A stretch of DNA of 64,000 nucleotides from Paraspadella gotoi (Eukaryota; Animalia; Chaetognatha). The stretch spans positions 3,654,461 to 3,718,460 of the forward strand of contig JBJCIZ010000239.1 of assembly GCA_051294375.1 (NCBI GenBank). Reading direction: 5' to 3'. Under the pieces are notes generated by a model. It was not told where the DNA came from. It did not search any database and was given only the letters and a program-made list of their open reading frames with translations. This document shows positions 43,556 to 56,179 of this stretch, in pieces. A program made the translations under genes and the position numbers. Positions within the stretch are counted from its first letter, which is position 1. Each line of letters opens with the position of its first letter.

Positions 43556-44519
43556 ACATGGCAAACTCTTTTTCNNNNNNNNNNNNNNNNNNNNNNNNNG
43601 AGTTTGCCATGCCAGATAAGAATATTGCATCCCGATGCGAAAGAGTTTGCCATGCCAGATAAGAATAATTGCGTCCCGACGGCGAAAGAGTTTGCCATGC
43701 CAGATAAGAATAATTGGGCGTCCGATGAGAAAGAGTTTTGCCATGCCCAGAGTAAGAATAAGTTGGCGTCCCGATTGCGAAGAGTGGTGCCATGCAGAAG
43801 ATAGAATAATGGCGTCCCGGACGCGAAAGAGTTTGTCCAATGCCAGATAAGAATAATTGGCGTCTCGACGCGGAGAAGATGTTTGGCCATGCAGATGAAG
43901 AATAATTGGCTGTCCGTGGCGAAAAGAGTTCGCCATGCCAGATATGAAATAATTGGCGTCCCGACGCGAAAGAGTTTGCCATCCAGAAAGAACATTAGCG
44001 TCCCGACGCGAAAAAGAGTTCCATGCAGATAAGAAATAATTGCGTCCTGATGCGAAAGAGTTGCCATGGCCAGATATGGAATAATTAGCGTCCGAGCAAA
44101 GAGTGGTTGCCATGCAGAATAGAATAATTGCGCGGAGCGAAGTTTCCACAGAATGGTTCTGGCGCAAAGAGTTTGCCATGCCTAAGATAAAATAATTGGC
44201 GTCCCGATGCGAAGAGTTTTGCCATGCCAGGATAGAAAAATTGGCATCCGATGCGAAAGAGTTTGCATGCCGGATAGGAATAATTGGCGTCTGACGCAAA
44301 AAGAGTTTGCCATGCCAGATAAAATAATTGGCATCCCGATGCGAAAGAGTTTTGCCATGCCAGATAAAAATAATTGCGTCCGATGCGAAAGAGTTCGCCA
44401 TGCCAGATAAAATAATTGGCGTCCCGACGCAAAAGAGTTTGCCATGCCAGATAAGAATAATTGGCGTCCGACGCGAAAGAGTTTGCCAGGTCTCTTTCGC
44501 ATCGGGACGCCAATTATTC
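43556..44519. repeat. 45-bp minisatellite, about 20 copies, with inverted partial units at both ends
   Basis: Unit gcgaaagagtttgccatgccagataagaataattggcgtcccgac; inverted pieces catggcaaactcttt (43557) and ctctttcgcatcgggacgccaattattc (44492-44519). Confidence 0.9.
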
Positions 44520-44965
44520 CCATCTGAGACGGAGTGACGAGAGGGAGAAATGTTTTGAAATTATTCTTTTTTGTCCGGCGGGGGTGTAGGCGGTGGTTGA
44601 GGGCACGGGATCCATCTGGGGTGGCGTGGTTGCTGGTGGCTTTGGCTTCTCGGAGGAGAGGTGAGTCTTGCCCAGAAGTCTTGTTACCAGATTTAAGGAA
44701 AAACTCATGTGGAGATTTATTCTGAGACAAATAAGGTGACGGTGAGACACACACAGGAGTCCAGATCAATTCTACTGAAACTAAGGAAAGCTAGGTCTAT
44801 TTATATCTAGAGAAGAGGCAAGAGTTATTTTGACAGTTCCATTGATTCTGCAAGCTGATTGGTCGATCCCGATTCTTCCTCGACCAATCACCAATTCTGC
44901 GAAGTTTACCCGATCCTTCGATCCGATTTCACTTTAGGTGAGGCCGAGTCTCCTGTGATGTTAAT
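44520..44965 (-). mobile_element. LTR family B copy 2 (44692-44965) with PBS-like TGGTAACAAGA and the start of an internal region
   Basis: Homologous to 7776-8006; minus strand shows CCAAT boxes, TATAAATAG, AATAAA, ...ttccttaaa, then tggtaacaagac. Confidence 0.55.
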
Positions 44966-45932
44966 ATATATTTTTAAAATTTATTCTTTTAAGTAATATG
45001 CCTGAGATGTAAGGAATGATCTTAAATTATCAATTACTATATAAATCGCTCACATCAACATCAATAACAATTCGAAGTTGGGATAAAACGATTTTATCTT
45101 CATGTTGTGCAAGGTACACATTTTGCTTGGTATATGATTAAGTTGGTTAATGCAATATAAAAAACAGAGTGGTGAGAACCCGGTGCTGACTTGAAAGTTT
45201 TAATGCCTCAAGATTGAAGGCATAATTGCGCGAGAGAGCGAGAGATCGAGGTGAAGGTGGAGGACGAGTGCAGTGAATGGATGTGAGGTGACGAGAAGAT
45301 GTTGAAGGAAGTGTGAAAGGTTAATCACGAACTTGTTTCACGAGGCGTTCGAAAAGGACGGACGAGATCCCTTGGTGTTTAGAGCGTGTCGCGGTGGAAT
45401 GAGTCGGTAATTGACATTAAAAAACAATGCGTACCTACTATCCTATGCTTTATTAAATCACATCACACTTCTACGAAAAGGACAATGAACCATTCTCTCT
45501 CTCTCTCTCTCCTCTCTCTCATCCTCCATCTTCTCTCTCAGTCTCTCTCTTTCTCCTCTCTCGTCAATCTCTCTCTCTCTCTCTGCTCTCCTCTCTCTCA
45601 AATCTCTCTCTCTCTGCTCTCTCTCCCCTCGATCTTCTTGATGATCCACTTCCCTACGAATAAAGGGACAATAACATTTCCCTCATTCGATTTCGTTGGA
45701 ACCACGAACGACCAGAATAATTCCGCGCCACGTCCCCTTTCCGGTCTCGCCTCTCTCCCTCTCCTCTCTTCTCTCTCTCTCTCCGCTTCTATCGGCCGGA
45801 AAATACGTCCAGGTTGACGGTTGAAAGTGGTCTCGCATCTGGGCGGGAAAATGGTTCGGAGGTCGGATAATGCGTTACTTGGAACGGTTATGGGCCAGAT
45901 TGTGGGGAGAAATAAAAAAAACGACCTCGTCC

Positions 45933-46009
<77 letters not shown>

Positions 46010-47239
46010 CACTCTCTCTCTCTGCTAGAAAAATAAATCCCAGCGCGCGTTTCCCCTTAACCCCCCGTTGCGGTGACGCGCCGCCTCTAGCGCCGGATGC
46101 TGGGAAAAGATTCCTCTCTCGGGTCGAAAGGGTCCTGCGTTCGGAGGCCGGAAGAAACCTTATTTTTTCATCTCTACAAAAAGAAAGAAAATGAGGTTTC
46201 TTGGAATAAGACAGACCATTGGGACTGGGTAGAAGTTGGGTCAACCCTCCGATATTGGCTTGGCAGCTAAGTATTGTTCACACAAATAGTTGGTTCTCGG
46301 TCCACCCAGTGACATGTGTGTAACTGCAAGGTTCAATACTCCAGTCGAGATGTCACACCGCAGGCCATGCCACTTGTGTTGAGATCTCTTCGAGTCGCGT
46401 CATAAAACAACCAAAACGTTTTACAGATTTAACTGTTACTTTTTAGTTATTTTCCTTTCGTTGTTTTTTACTTTTAAATGATACAATACAATAAATATTT
46501 AAAACCCTACTTTCTGTAGTAGTATTTTATAATTAAAAAAAAACTACGAATCAAGCTTTAATTTCGTTTAGTTAAAAAAAAATAATGTAACTGTTAATAA
46601 GTTAGTTCAGTTATGAAAAAACTAAAAGAGTGTTTCTATAGATTTAAAAAAAAAAAAGAGAAAAAAGAAAAAAGAAAAAAAGCGGACGGCGTGAAACAAT
46701 TATTTATGAGCGAAGGTTTGAGGAGGTTAAGTCTGCGTGACGTGACGATGGAGCCTCGCTTCCATCCAGGTGGTCACTCTGGTCAGGCCCGGCTCAGACA
46801 ACTGATCACACTCCCCCCTCTTCCTCCCCTTTACTCCTTACCCTCTCTCCGCCTCCTTCCTCCTCTCTTTTCTCCACCCTTTTTTTAACAACATGCAGAG
46901 AAACCTAACAAGGCACTCTTGGTCCTGCCCTAAGACAGCCTAAGAATTGCAGGACATTCTTTCAAAGTCAATCAATTCAATTCTAAATTTCATATATACG
47001 TTTGTTATTAAACGTTCATGTAATATTTTTTTATTTGTATTTACGAGATAATCTGATAATAAATAAATACATAGACGATGCTTTTTTATCAGTTACGATA
47101 CTGTATACATACATCAGACAGTCTAGGTCAAATGAAAAGATATAGAAAATATATATATGATTTTCTGTTATTAGTACAAAACTTAAGGGGACAAGGAAAT
47201 TTTATTGATTTTAAGGAGCTTGAAAATCTTTAAGATATG

Positions 47240-48088
47240 ACTATTAAATGAAAATTGAATATACGTATGTTTTAGTAATTTGCATATTTTTTAATATTTG
47301 TAATAGAAGAGTAGAGATTTAAGATAATTAGTAAATCTTGATATATTTGATCAAAATATATGGATATGAATAGTTACATTACTGTAATAGGAAAATAGAT
47401 GTATTTATAATGTAATGACATAAGTAATATCAAGATTTGGAAGGGGAAGCATCGAAAGTGTTGATCTTAGCTAGAAATAAGAGGAGACAATAACTAATAA
47501 CAAACAAGGATATAAAAGAAATGAACAAGAGATAGACAAGTCACATGGCATAAAAGTCACTCCTAACTATCTGTCACTCGTTAATTCTAAATTGTAGGAT
47601 ATCACACATCTATGTTTCGTGTTAGCACATGCTACAATCTAGAGAATGCAAGGAATAATCTACTCATATTATGATGTTCTTGTGGGACGTGCATACAAGT
47701 CATGACGTATAACGTGCACATGATTCTTACTTTAGTCATCCGATCAAAAAAATCGGAAATATTAAGACAAAATAATACTATGTAAACACGATACAAAAAA
47801 AGAAAGTACAACAGTAGACATCCTCCAGAAAAAATTGGCGGATAAAGAAAGAATCAAACACATAACATGGGTATAACTACATGGTGGGATCGGGTTACGC
47901 GCATCGAGGTCAACGGTCTTGTGACCAGTACATAAGGTCAACCTTGTTTTTGGATCCTTACTAACATGAAGTGGAGGGAAAATGAGCGAGCGTAAGGCTG
48001 GAATAGACTCACGCTGTCCGCATTGCATTTGTTTTAGACAGGCCAAGGTTGCGTGTCAAGTTAAGCATGCTTAAGGTCTCGGTCCACA
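47240..48088 (-). repeat. 3' LTR of the Gypsy element (noisy; left boundary approximate)
   Basis: gtcaacgg...tgacca, gggaaaatgagcgagcgtaagg and ccaaggttgcg at 47909-48053 match 56728-56842; ends ggtccaca adjacent to the PPT. Confidence 0.7.
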
Positions 48089-48799
48089 CAGTCCCCCCAC
48101 ACAGCCTTGACCGAGGGTGCGGGTAGCAAGGCCTGCAAAAAACCGCGTTACTTGGGACTCTGCAGTTCGTGCGGTTTTCGTCGTACGTCTTACTGGCGGA
48201 CGTGAAGCAGGACAAATCGATCGGTCGGTATAGGACGCTTCGAGCTGAAGGACCGGGACTTGATTATAGTAAATTGATCGGTACGAAGTCAACTATGCAC
48301 GGACGTCGTTGTGGAACTAACACTACGCGAGCTTTGGAAAGGTTTGAATGGACAAAGACCACGAGAGCTATCAACTGTTTCCGGAGGTGGTGCTGTTTTT
48401 CCCAGAAAAGGGAGGCAAATAAGACTCCCGAGAGAACATCGACTGAGAGAACACAGACAGCAGGATAAACTGGGACCGGAACACAACACAACGGATTTCT
48501 GAAAACAGGAACAATCGTACATGCACTTATGACGCGTAAGGCAAAAGTTACACAGAAGAAGATGCTCTGCTCAAACACATCATTTATGGCTTACCGCGAG
48601 CTACCAATATTCTAACCCATGAAAGAAAGAAAGGCAGTAAGCAGAGGGAAAAGGCAGAAGAAAAGAACCTCAAGCTGCCAAAGCCACGCGGCACGCGACA
48701 CACTAGATTAAGGCTACAGCGGCCACATACTAGACTCGGTTTTTGTCATGCCTTTTGGTTTTTTTCATTCCGTTAACAATTCGTCGGTGACCGGTTATC

Positions 48800-51300
48800 T
48801 GTTTCTTCTCTGTGTGTTTTCAGTCGATCTCGGCGACTGGAGATCTACGCTTCGCGATGCGACCCGTCGGCCGCGGTATTGCGATTTTGAAGAGTTGAAT
48901 TGGACAGTTCGAGACGCTTGAAAGTAAAGGGCCGTCCAGTTAAAAGAAGATAGGGTATGGAGCGGGAAAGATAAGTCGAAAGGTGTCGCAGTACCGGGAA
49001 TACAGGACGTAAGAAAACACACAGACGAGGTCAGGCGGCTAATGTGATAACAGTGCTCGAGTCAGCGCTTCGCTACCGGCCGCAGCTATGATGCCTTATG
49101 ACACGAGCACGGGCATAGGCGCGTCGCATATCAGTGCGACACAGATGAGGCCTGGGCGATCCGAGGTGACTATAATAGACAGATATTGTTAGTTCTGCCA
49201 GGCTCTCCTTGTCAATATTTTATGTTTTTGCATTCTTGTCTTAGTTGCATATAAACGCAAAATGATAAACGCAACGGGCGCCTATACGGAGTAGTTGTCA
49301 GTGATTCGCGCCAATTATGAGCGCGAAGGTCTTTTACGTTAAGTGGGCACGAGCGCTCCAGACGTCTGGTACTGCTTAGCGGACCGACGACAGACCTGAA
49401 GGCTGCTCCCACGGAGAGCAGTCAGGAAGAATCTCGCCCGCCAGTTGATACGGTCCTCGTGCAGGCGCGCGCGTGTGCTAGCCGAATTCTAATCTGACGG
49501 TAAAAAAGCAAGGTCTGAGATGAGGCTCTAAGAGAGTCCATGGGAGGGTCTGGCGTCCAGCACCAAGTGTGATAATGGTCCTCGCGTCGGAGTCAGTCTC
49601 TGTTCATTGTGCGGTAGAACTTGTCGGATTTGTCATGGTGTGCTTGGTTCTTCTTTTTAGCCGTCTATATCTCTATGACTTTTGGTTATTAAAGCATAAC
49701 AGAAAACTGCGACCATTCCCTGTGAATTGGGGTAGTAGATAGAATAGTCGGCTTCGTCGTGGGAACGTCGGTTACAGACCAGACTACCAATCCGCCACTT
49801 GGCCGCACACAATTACCGTAGATGTAAGTATTGTAATATATGTGGAAGCGCCAACAGTTAATTATATCCAATAAGAGTGTGTTTGAGACAAACGTATGCT
49901 TTTTGGTGTTAACGCATTCATAAGGACGCCAGAAGAAGCTAACGCAGCGTTGGATTTGACACCATTAATGGCACTGGGTTTTTGGCCGTGAAACAAGGGG
50001 AGTTTAAAAAGGCGGCGGAAGGTGATTCAACTCAGAAGTTGGGTGACCACTGTGCTCTGGCAAAACTAACAGTTCGTGTCTGTTTTTTGTATTTGATTTC
50101 AAAAACACGGGCGCCTTGCGCATATAGGTCAAACATCAGTCGCCTCATGAGAAACGATGAATGATATGAACCAGAGTACGGCCATGGAGATAAGCAGTAG
50201 TAACTCCACTCATAGTACGTCGATATGTGGAATTTTTCTACAAAAGATAGAAATCAGCTCTACTTATTGTTTTGTATGTTCGGATACATGCACCAGAATA
50301 GTGCGGCAGTACAGAGCGTCTCTATGCTGAAAGCTGTGCTTTGCTTTGGACGTCGACGATCGTCTTCGCCGTTCGACTAATAGGGAAAAACATAAAAGAC
50401 TTACAAGGGCGTCAGGAAATGAGAAGAAAATGAGGTTAACGGATTTACTATTTTTCTTCAAGAACACTTTTTTCAAATTTGGCGGCTTTGTGTGAGACAC
50501 GAAAGGGAGTGGAAAAAGATGTGTCGGTTGCGCGATTCTCAAGAACCCTCTGGACCGAGTCCATGGGAGTTTTAGGTTTAAATGTCCCGTCTCTCTGTGG
50601 CGTCCGTTTCAGGCACTGCCCAGATTGGCTGAAACAAAGGCTCGCGCGTACCTGGAACCCGTGCCCGTCCAGTGTTTGACCGTATTGTCGGAATCGGCCG
50701 AGGTCCTGTACTGGACGCTTTTTCACCATTACGCGCGCAAAGGCGACGCGTACGGTCACGAGCTTCTCTGTGACTGGCAGCGAGAAGCGATCCCTACTCC
50801 CGGTGGTATGCCTACATGACTGGTGCTCACTGAGCTGAGGTGCCGCCATCGGGTAAATGTCTTGCCCCAAATGGGCTCGGGGTTACATTCTCATATGCAT
50901 GCCGCGCGCACCGAGAAGTACGCACGCACGAGACATATATCCATTGAACAAGTAACAATGATCGACTCTCGACTCATAACTTAAGTAAAGTTAAAATAAA
51001 ATGGAAGCATAATGGTGTCCCGTTCATATGGACGCTGGCCGTTGGTGGGGAATGAGCCCGGCAGATCCTGACATCGCCCATTTAATAATGTATTGTCCAA
51101 GTAGTTGGGTCTGGGCAAGCTTTGATTTTCTGCGCATACGCTGCAGCTTGGGCTGTTCGGGTGTTTGCCGGCAAGTCGGAGCCAGTTCCGTCATGACCCT
51201 GGTAGTTGGCTCGGTTCGGTAGGAGCGCCGATTGGACATGTCATTACGGTACCGGCACCGGTGCAATGGTAGGTCGTTGGCATTCAAGGCCGCCAACATT
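48800..51300 (-). pseudogene. Gypsy integrase region (fragmentary, interleaved with foreign bases)
   Basis: Remnants D(R)FTRW (about 50850), GLVxRF (about 50555), PYxGPF (about 49280) and DRLK (about 48822) occur in the expected order. Confidence 0.55.
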
Positions 51301-51899
51301 GCACTCAAAGATGTGACTGCGCAGGTCTCAGCCAGACCGGCCCGAGTTAAAAACCCCGGCCTGCGCGGGCGTTATGTTTCCTACTCGCTCTTTTGCCGAT
51401 TTCAAGTACTTCAGGATTGATCTGTGAGGATATCGCCAAACGGTGTGTCCTTAGCTGGTCGAGTTAGTTCGGGTTTGGGTTGGATTATGTCGGTATCGAT
51501 GTGTTCGTGTCGGTCAAGGTAACGGATACAGTAACGCAAAACAATGACCCGAATACCAACAGAGGCGGACGGACTACGACCGGAATTTGTCCGACGACGA
51601 TAATAGGCCGGGGGAACGGAAGTTCGCCTTCCGAGGACGAATTAGGTAACGAGATGTTCTCACATAGATTGATCAGTATTTCGGTGAAGATTCGTTATAT
51701 GTCCCTGCCAGCTTTCGCCAATTAAATAGGCGTTTAAAATGAACACTCGCACATGAGTGAAGTCTGCCCTAGTGACGCGCGCTTCTCACTGGCCATTTTT
51801 GCCACGTTCCATGCTCTTATGCCGGCCTCCTTTTTTTGCCAGACGGATTAGCGCAGCCCAGCTGAGTACTCATTGGTCGCTAAAAGAGGGCGGCGTGAA

Positions 51900-53180
51900 G
51901 CGGCGGCTGTCTCTCGAAAGTCTATCCGTTTCAACGTCCGCTTCATCGGTGCGCCGCGGGAACAACTCGAGGCGAAATCGAGGCAGTGGGCTCGGACATG
52001 AGAAGCGTCCCTTCTTGTTCGAAGGGCGGCCATGTTTCGGCTTCATTTGGCTCTTCTCAGTGCGCTGCCCTTCCGAATGAAAACCCAGGTTGGCTGCCAT
52101 GGTGCCACGGTCCGACCCACCAGAAAAACTGGATCGCCAAAAAGAGAGACGCGCCAACAAGAGGAACGGCGGACCGTCAGAGGGCATCGACGGATAACAG
52201 AAGCCGGAGTAGGAGCGCCGGTCCGATAGGGTGGGACCAGCATTGTGAATCTTAAGAGCTAAGAGCGTTCCTTGATTGCCTGGAAAGACGGCGTCTTGCG
52301 GTGGAGTCCGCCCATTTTACGCGCGCGGGTTTTCCGCCGGAGAAGGAATTCAAGAAGGGGCGTCTAGATGATGTGCGGCATGGGGCACGAATCGGCTCTT
52401 CTCGCCATGGTAGTAGTGAAGCACCCCGAGGAATACGTTGAAGTTCTTGTACGGTGTGGGCGTGAGCCATCTCGCGTAGTCGCCTCTATTCCTTTCGGAC
52501 GGTTAAGGTGGGCGGCACGCCGTCTTTGTCAATCCGTTGTATTCCGAGAAATACTCCAGGCTGGATGGCGCCGAAAACTGATTTTTGTGCTGCGCGTGTT
52601 AAACTGATGATAGGCGTCCTGCTACGTGCTGAGTCGCGTTGAAAGACGCGCTTGAGTTTCCTCTTGGATGTTCTTCGTGGTGTTGAGGTGGGATGCCACG
52701 AGATGCATCCAAGCAGATGTGCAAGGAATGGGGGAATTGCGCTCAGGACTTTGATCCATCATTGCGTTGGAAATCCTGACCGGCGTTTTTCAACCAAACG
52801 GCATGAAGAGAACTCGTAGAGGGCCGAACAGCGTGATGGATCGCCCGTTTATATGAAACGTATCTTCCTTTCGTCCGACCTCAGGGATCTGATGGATATC
52901 TTCTTGCAGCAAGGTCTGATCTTGAGAAAAACCGTCTCCCGCGCGTACGTCGGCGTTGAAAGTCCTTATGATCGGTGGGGATCGTGTACACTCTGTCGAT
53001 TCTTAGGTGAGCGCCGTTGCAAGGCGTCGATACTGTCGCTCAATCAAGAGCCGGACGAGAGCTGCTGTCAGGTTTCCGTGTTCTGCAGTGGACACCGAGG
53101 TGACGTGGTGAGCGGCGACGCCCAAAGCGGATGTATGATAGTCTGTACGTTATAATCCCGAGATTCTCAGCCATTTCGTT
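51900..53180 (-). pseudogene. pol: Gypsy reverse transcriptase and RNase H (frameshifts probably read errors)
   Basis: After indel correction: WASPL, [49 protein letters not shown] (about 52755-52851), LDxILVAS, PHTVQELQRFLGVLHYY..RFVPHAA, VDASD, WQPLGF. Confidence 0.9.
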
Positions 53181-53929
53181 CCTCGTTCTCGGCGCTTGGC
53201 GCCGAGCATAGGCTCGGATATAGGGAAAGATGATTAAATAATAAACATCTTAATAAAGCTCGATTGTGGGGGACCGCGGGCACACATCTTAGAAGACACC
53301 GCAACCTTTCGGTCGAACCACATGACCCGGCTACCTAACCTTACTTCGCTCAATTTCCCCCGCACTTACGTTTTAGTGGATTCCAAATAACGGATTGACC
53401 TTTTATTTGGTCACCCGAGGCGACGAGTAGGACCTTCTCGTGGAATCGGAATTACCATTATATGTAAAGATTAGAGAGAAATGTTCACTTTACGAGGCCA
53501 CTTGCTCTGAGCATTGACTGTTATTGGTTATTAACGTTTGGGTTTGAAGAATAAAATCATTCTACTCTGAAAACTTGTGCCGTCCACACGGTGGGAGCCC
53601 GAGTGAAAAATATAAAAAGAAACCGAGAGACAAAAACAAAAGAAAAACAATACACCAAATTAAGGGAGGAAAGGCCTTACTTCTCCAGAAGCAAAGTGTT
53701 CGCTCGCACTAAGAAACAGATTTTTAAAAAGTTCTTAATAAGCTCGCATTTTTTTTTCATGGAATTATCAGGCCTTCATCTAGAAGTATGAGATTGTGAG
53801 TAACAGGGCGTCGACGGATCGTGGCCGACCTAGTGCAGAACCGCGGGGCCGGTGCGCGACGGGCGGAGCGGCGTCGGTGAGCATGGCCTGACGATGACCC
53901 ATGTAGTCAATCGAGATCGAGAAGGGATG

Positions 53930-54285
53930 CCGACGTTGCATTTTGATCAACACCACAGATGCGTGCTCCATCAAAAAGTCCTCTGGCCACGAGCAATGGG
54001 CGTGGCAACGTCGGCGAGTCATGACAGTTACGGGAAAACGCGTTTCCCGGATCCGTAATTCCCCAATCTCTCGTGATTGCCAAAAGTCTTCGCATGGGAA
54101 ATCGTGTTCGCTTGGCGGCGCTGTGTTTTATGTTGTGCGGTGTGCCATTTGGCTGGCTGGAATACTACTGGACAGCCGCTTATTACGTGCGGCGGGGTCC
54201 GCCTCTCTGGCGCCGCGACGATCGGCGGCCAGAGTGCTGGGGACTCGAGGTCGCCTCGGAAGCCGCCGTCGACGAGCACTCAGGA
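53930..54285 (-). pseudogene. Gypsy aspartic protease (retropepsin)
   Basis: LVDGG (54265-54279), AANGT (about 54145) and LADVATPLLGxDFLMEH (53960-54020) after indel correction. Confidence 0.75.
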
Positions 54286-54799
54286 CCGGCGGTCAGGTGC
54301 TCGCGGGCACTATCTGAGATAATAGTTCTGAGTCCCAAATTTCAGGCCAGTCGGACTGCAGGCAACTCTTTCATTTTTGAACACAAATAATATTAAAGAT
54401 GCCGCAATCTAGCTGCTGATAAGGCGACATGGTTGGCAATTTACTTGTACTCGGCGTTCGCTTTACTAAGTCAAGGGCTTAAATTGTTGTGGCAAATAAA
54501 TTAATATTTGCGAGCCCCGGTGCCCGCGTCGGTTTCACACTAGTTCCCCCGCTCCGCCATATAAACGGCCGTTTCACGAGCGCGGGCCACACATGTCTAT
54601 AATCAGACTCGGACCAGCCACTTTGCTTCTCCATGGGGCGGTTCCGCGGCCGACGGAAAGAAGAAACCGACAAGCCTGTTGATGGAGGAGAGCGGGGGCG
54701 TTAGATATTGGGCGACGTTGTGTTGAGGTGATCCGCTGCTTGCGTTGGGCCTTAGCTCGCATGCCAGCGGCCCGCTGGCCTGACCACGAAAAGGGTCGC

Positions 54800-55500
54800 T
54801 GCGGTGAGCGCCTGCCCGGCGTTGTGCTTCCGGAACGGACACTCCAGGCATTTGCATAAGAGACTGGCGCCGGATTGTCCGTGAGCCGTTCGCGTTGCTG
54901 GATGGTCCAACTGGAAGCGTCAGTGGAGCTCGTCCACGTGCCGGATCTCTTCCCGCCATGGAGGTGACCCGGGGAAAGCGCCATTTACGGCGCGCGTGGA
55001 TGGCGCGCTTGCTGAGGTCCAGAAGCTTGCATCGCAGTTGTCGCGGACCCGGGGAACGGAAAAACTCGTCGGCCATCCTTGGGCGCACTGTCGGCGCGCG
55101 CTTTCTCTCTGGTCTTCCTGCAACAGCGTGCTCTCTGACGCCTTTGAGGGAGGGCGGCGGCCAAAAAATGCACCTATGAGCGGCAACCTTGACATTTGGT
55201 TTTCAATGGTGAGGCCATTCCTCCAGGACGGCACGCAGGCGCGGACGAGGTGTTGAGATGGGAACTCCTTTCAGCGGGACGTACTTATCCCCGTTCAACG
55301 CCTATTGCGGCGCGCCAAACCTGTTCCTCATCTTCCACCATAGATCTTTTATGGTGAGAGACGAGGCTTCTAACTGTGTGAGGGCGTCAGCGGACTCTTC
55401 GTCGAATGAGGCGGAGATCCGTGGTCTGGAATCTAGACGGTGCGCGTGAGATGGGGACCTGCCGCTGAGACGATTCCAGGCGCTGCTATCGTCCCTGATA
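54800..55500 (-). pseudogene. gag: Gypsy gag region
   Basis: AxMADEF and HxQ(F)GAxxxKCxxCPF (about 54835-54885), resembling the CsRN1-type CX2HX9CX3C knuckle; boundaries approximate. Confidence 0.5.
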
Positions 55501-56179
55501 ATTCAGTACAGCTGACTCCGCCCAAGCCCGAGCCCCCTCGGGGGTTAGGGACGGCGCCGAATCTGTTCCACGGCCCCGGTGTGGTCTAGCCACTTACCTC
55601 GAGTCGTTGGTCGGGAGGGTCAAAGGCTCGCGTCAGTGCTTTGGGTTTTCCGTCGGGTCCTGCTCGCGCTGCTGAACAGGAAGTAGAGACAAACCGCATA
55701 AACCTCCCAATCAGCAGAACGCAAAACATGCAGAAACACAGGAAGTGGGATTTAAATGAAATATAATATGAAGAGCCATTTGAGTAAGGGTTGACAACCC
55801 ACAGACAGAGCGGACGTGATATAACAATCAAACTAAAGACGTCAAGCATTGACCGCCGTCTCCACGAGGGAGGCAACTCCGCTGTGACACGTGCAGTTAC
55901 TTTGCTGTAGCCGCTGAAGGGGGATTACGGTCACTTTCGTGACCGCTAGTGCGAGGAGTTTAAAGAGTAATTGATGCCGCACAGTACCAATTATAGGAAA
56001 CACAGTTTTTTGATTGCATTTCGAAGATAAAAAAGGGCGTCGCGAGATGTCGAGAGGGCCGGCGTCGTGGAATGCGTCCGTCGCGGCCGGCGCCTGATCG
56101 AATGGGAGGCGTTAGCGCCTGTGGGGTCACGGCATTGTCGTTTACTATCTTCGTCGGCGGAGCGTTATGGAAGGGCGTG

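Noticed and set aside
43600-44490. CRISPR-like or repeat-protein-coding array (long ORFs in several frames)
   Set aside because: Units are head-to-tail with no unique spacers and no cas genes; the ORFs arise from the repeat unit and N runs.
44690-44770. Tyrosine-kinase subdomain IX-X-like text (LIW...SPY...FLKSGN)
   Set aside because: The same nucleotides occur at 7930-8005 as part of the LTR-like repeat, so it is not a unique exon.
50560-51510. Bel/Pao-like motifs on the + strand (VLGLN, SPAD..W.W, VGIDVF)
   Set aside because: Spacing is too short for Pao pol, and the region resolves as minus-strand Gypsy integrase mixed with host flank.
53900-54150. Apparent adenain/Polinton-type cysteine protease on the + strand (LINT..GHEQW, DSYG, Q..SC)
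   Set aside because: The same bases encode retropepsin motifs on the minus strand, in the correct place within a Gypsy pol; the + strand motifs are split across frames and coincidental.
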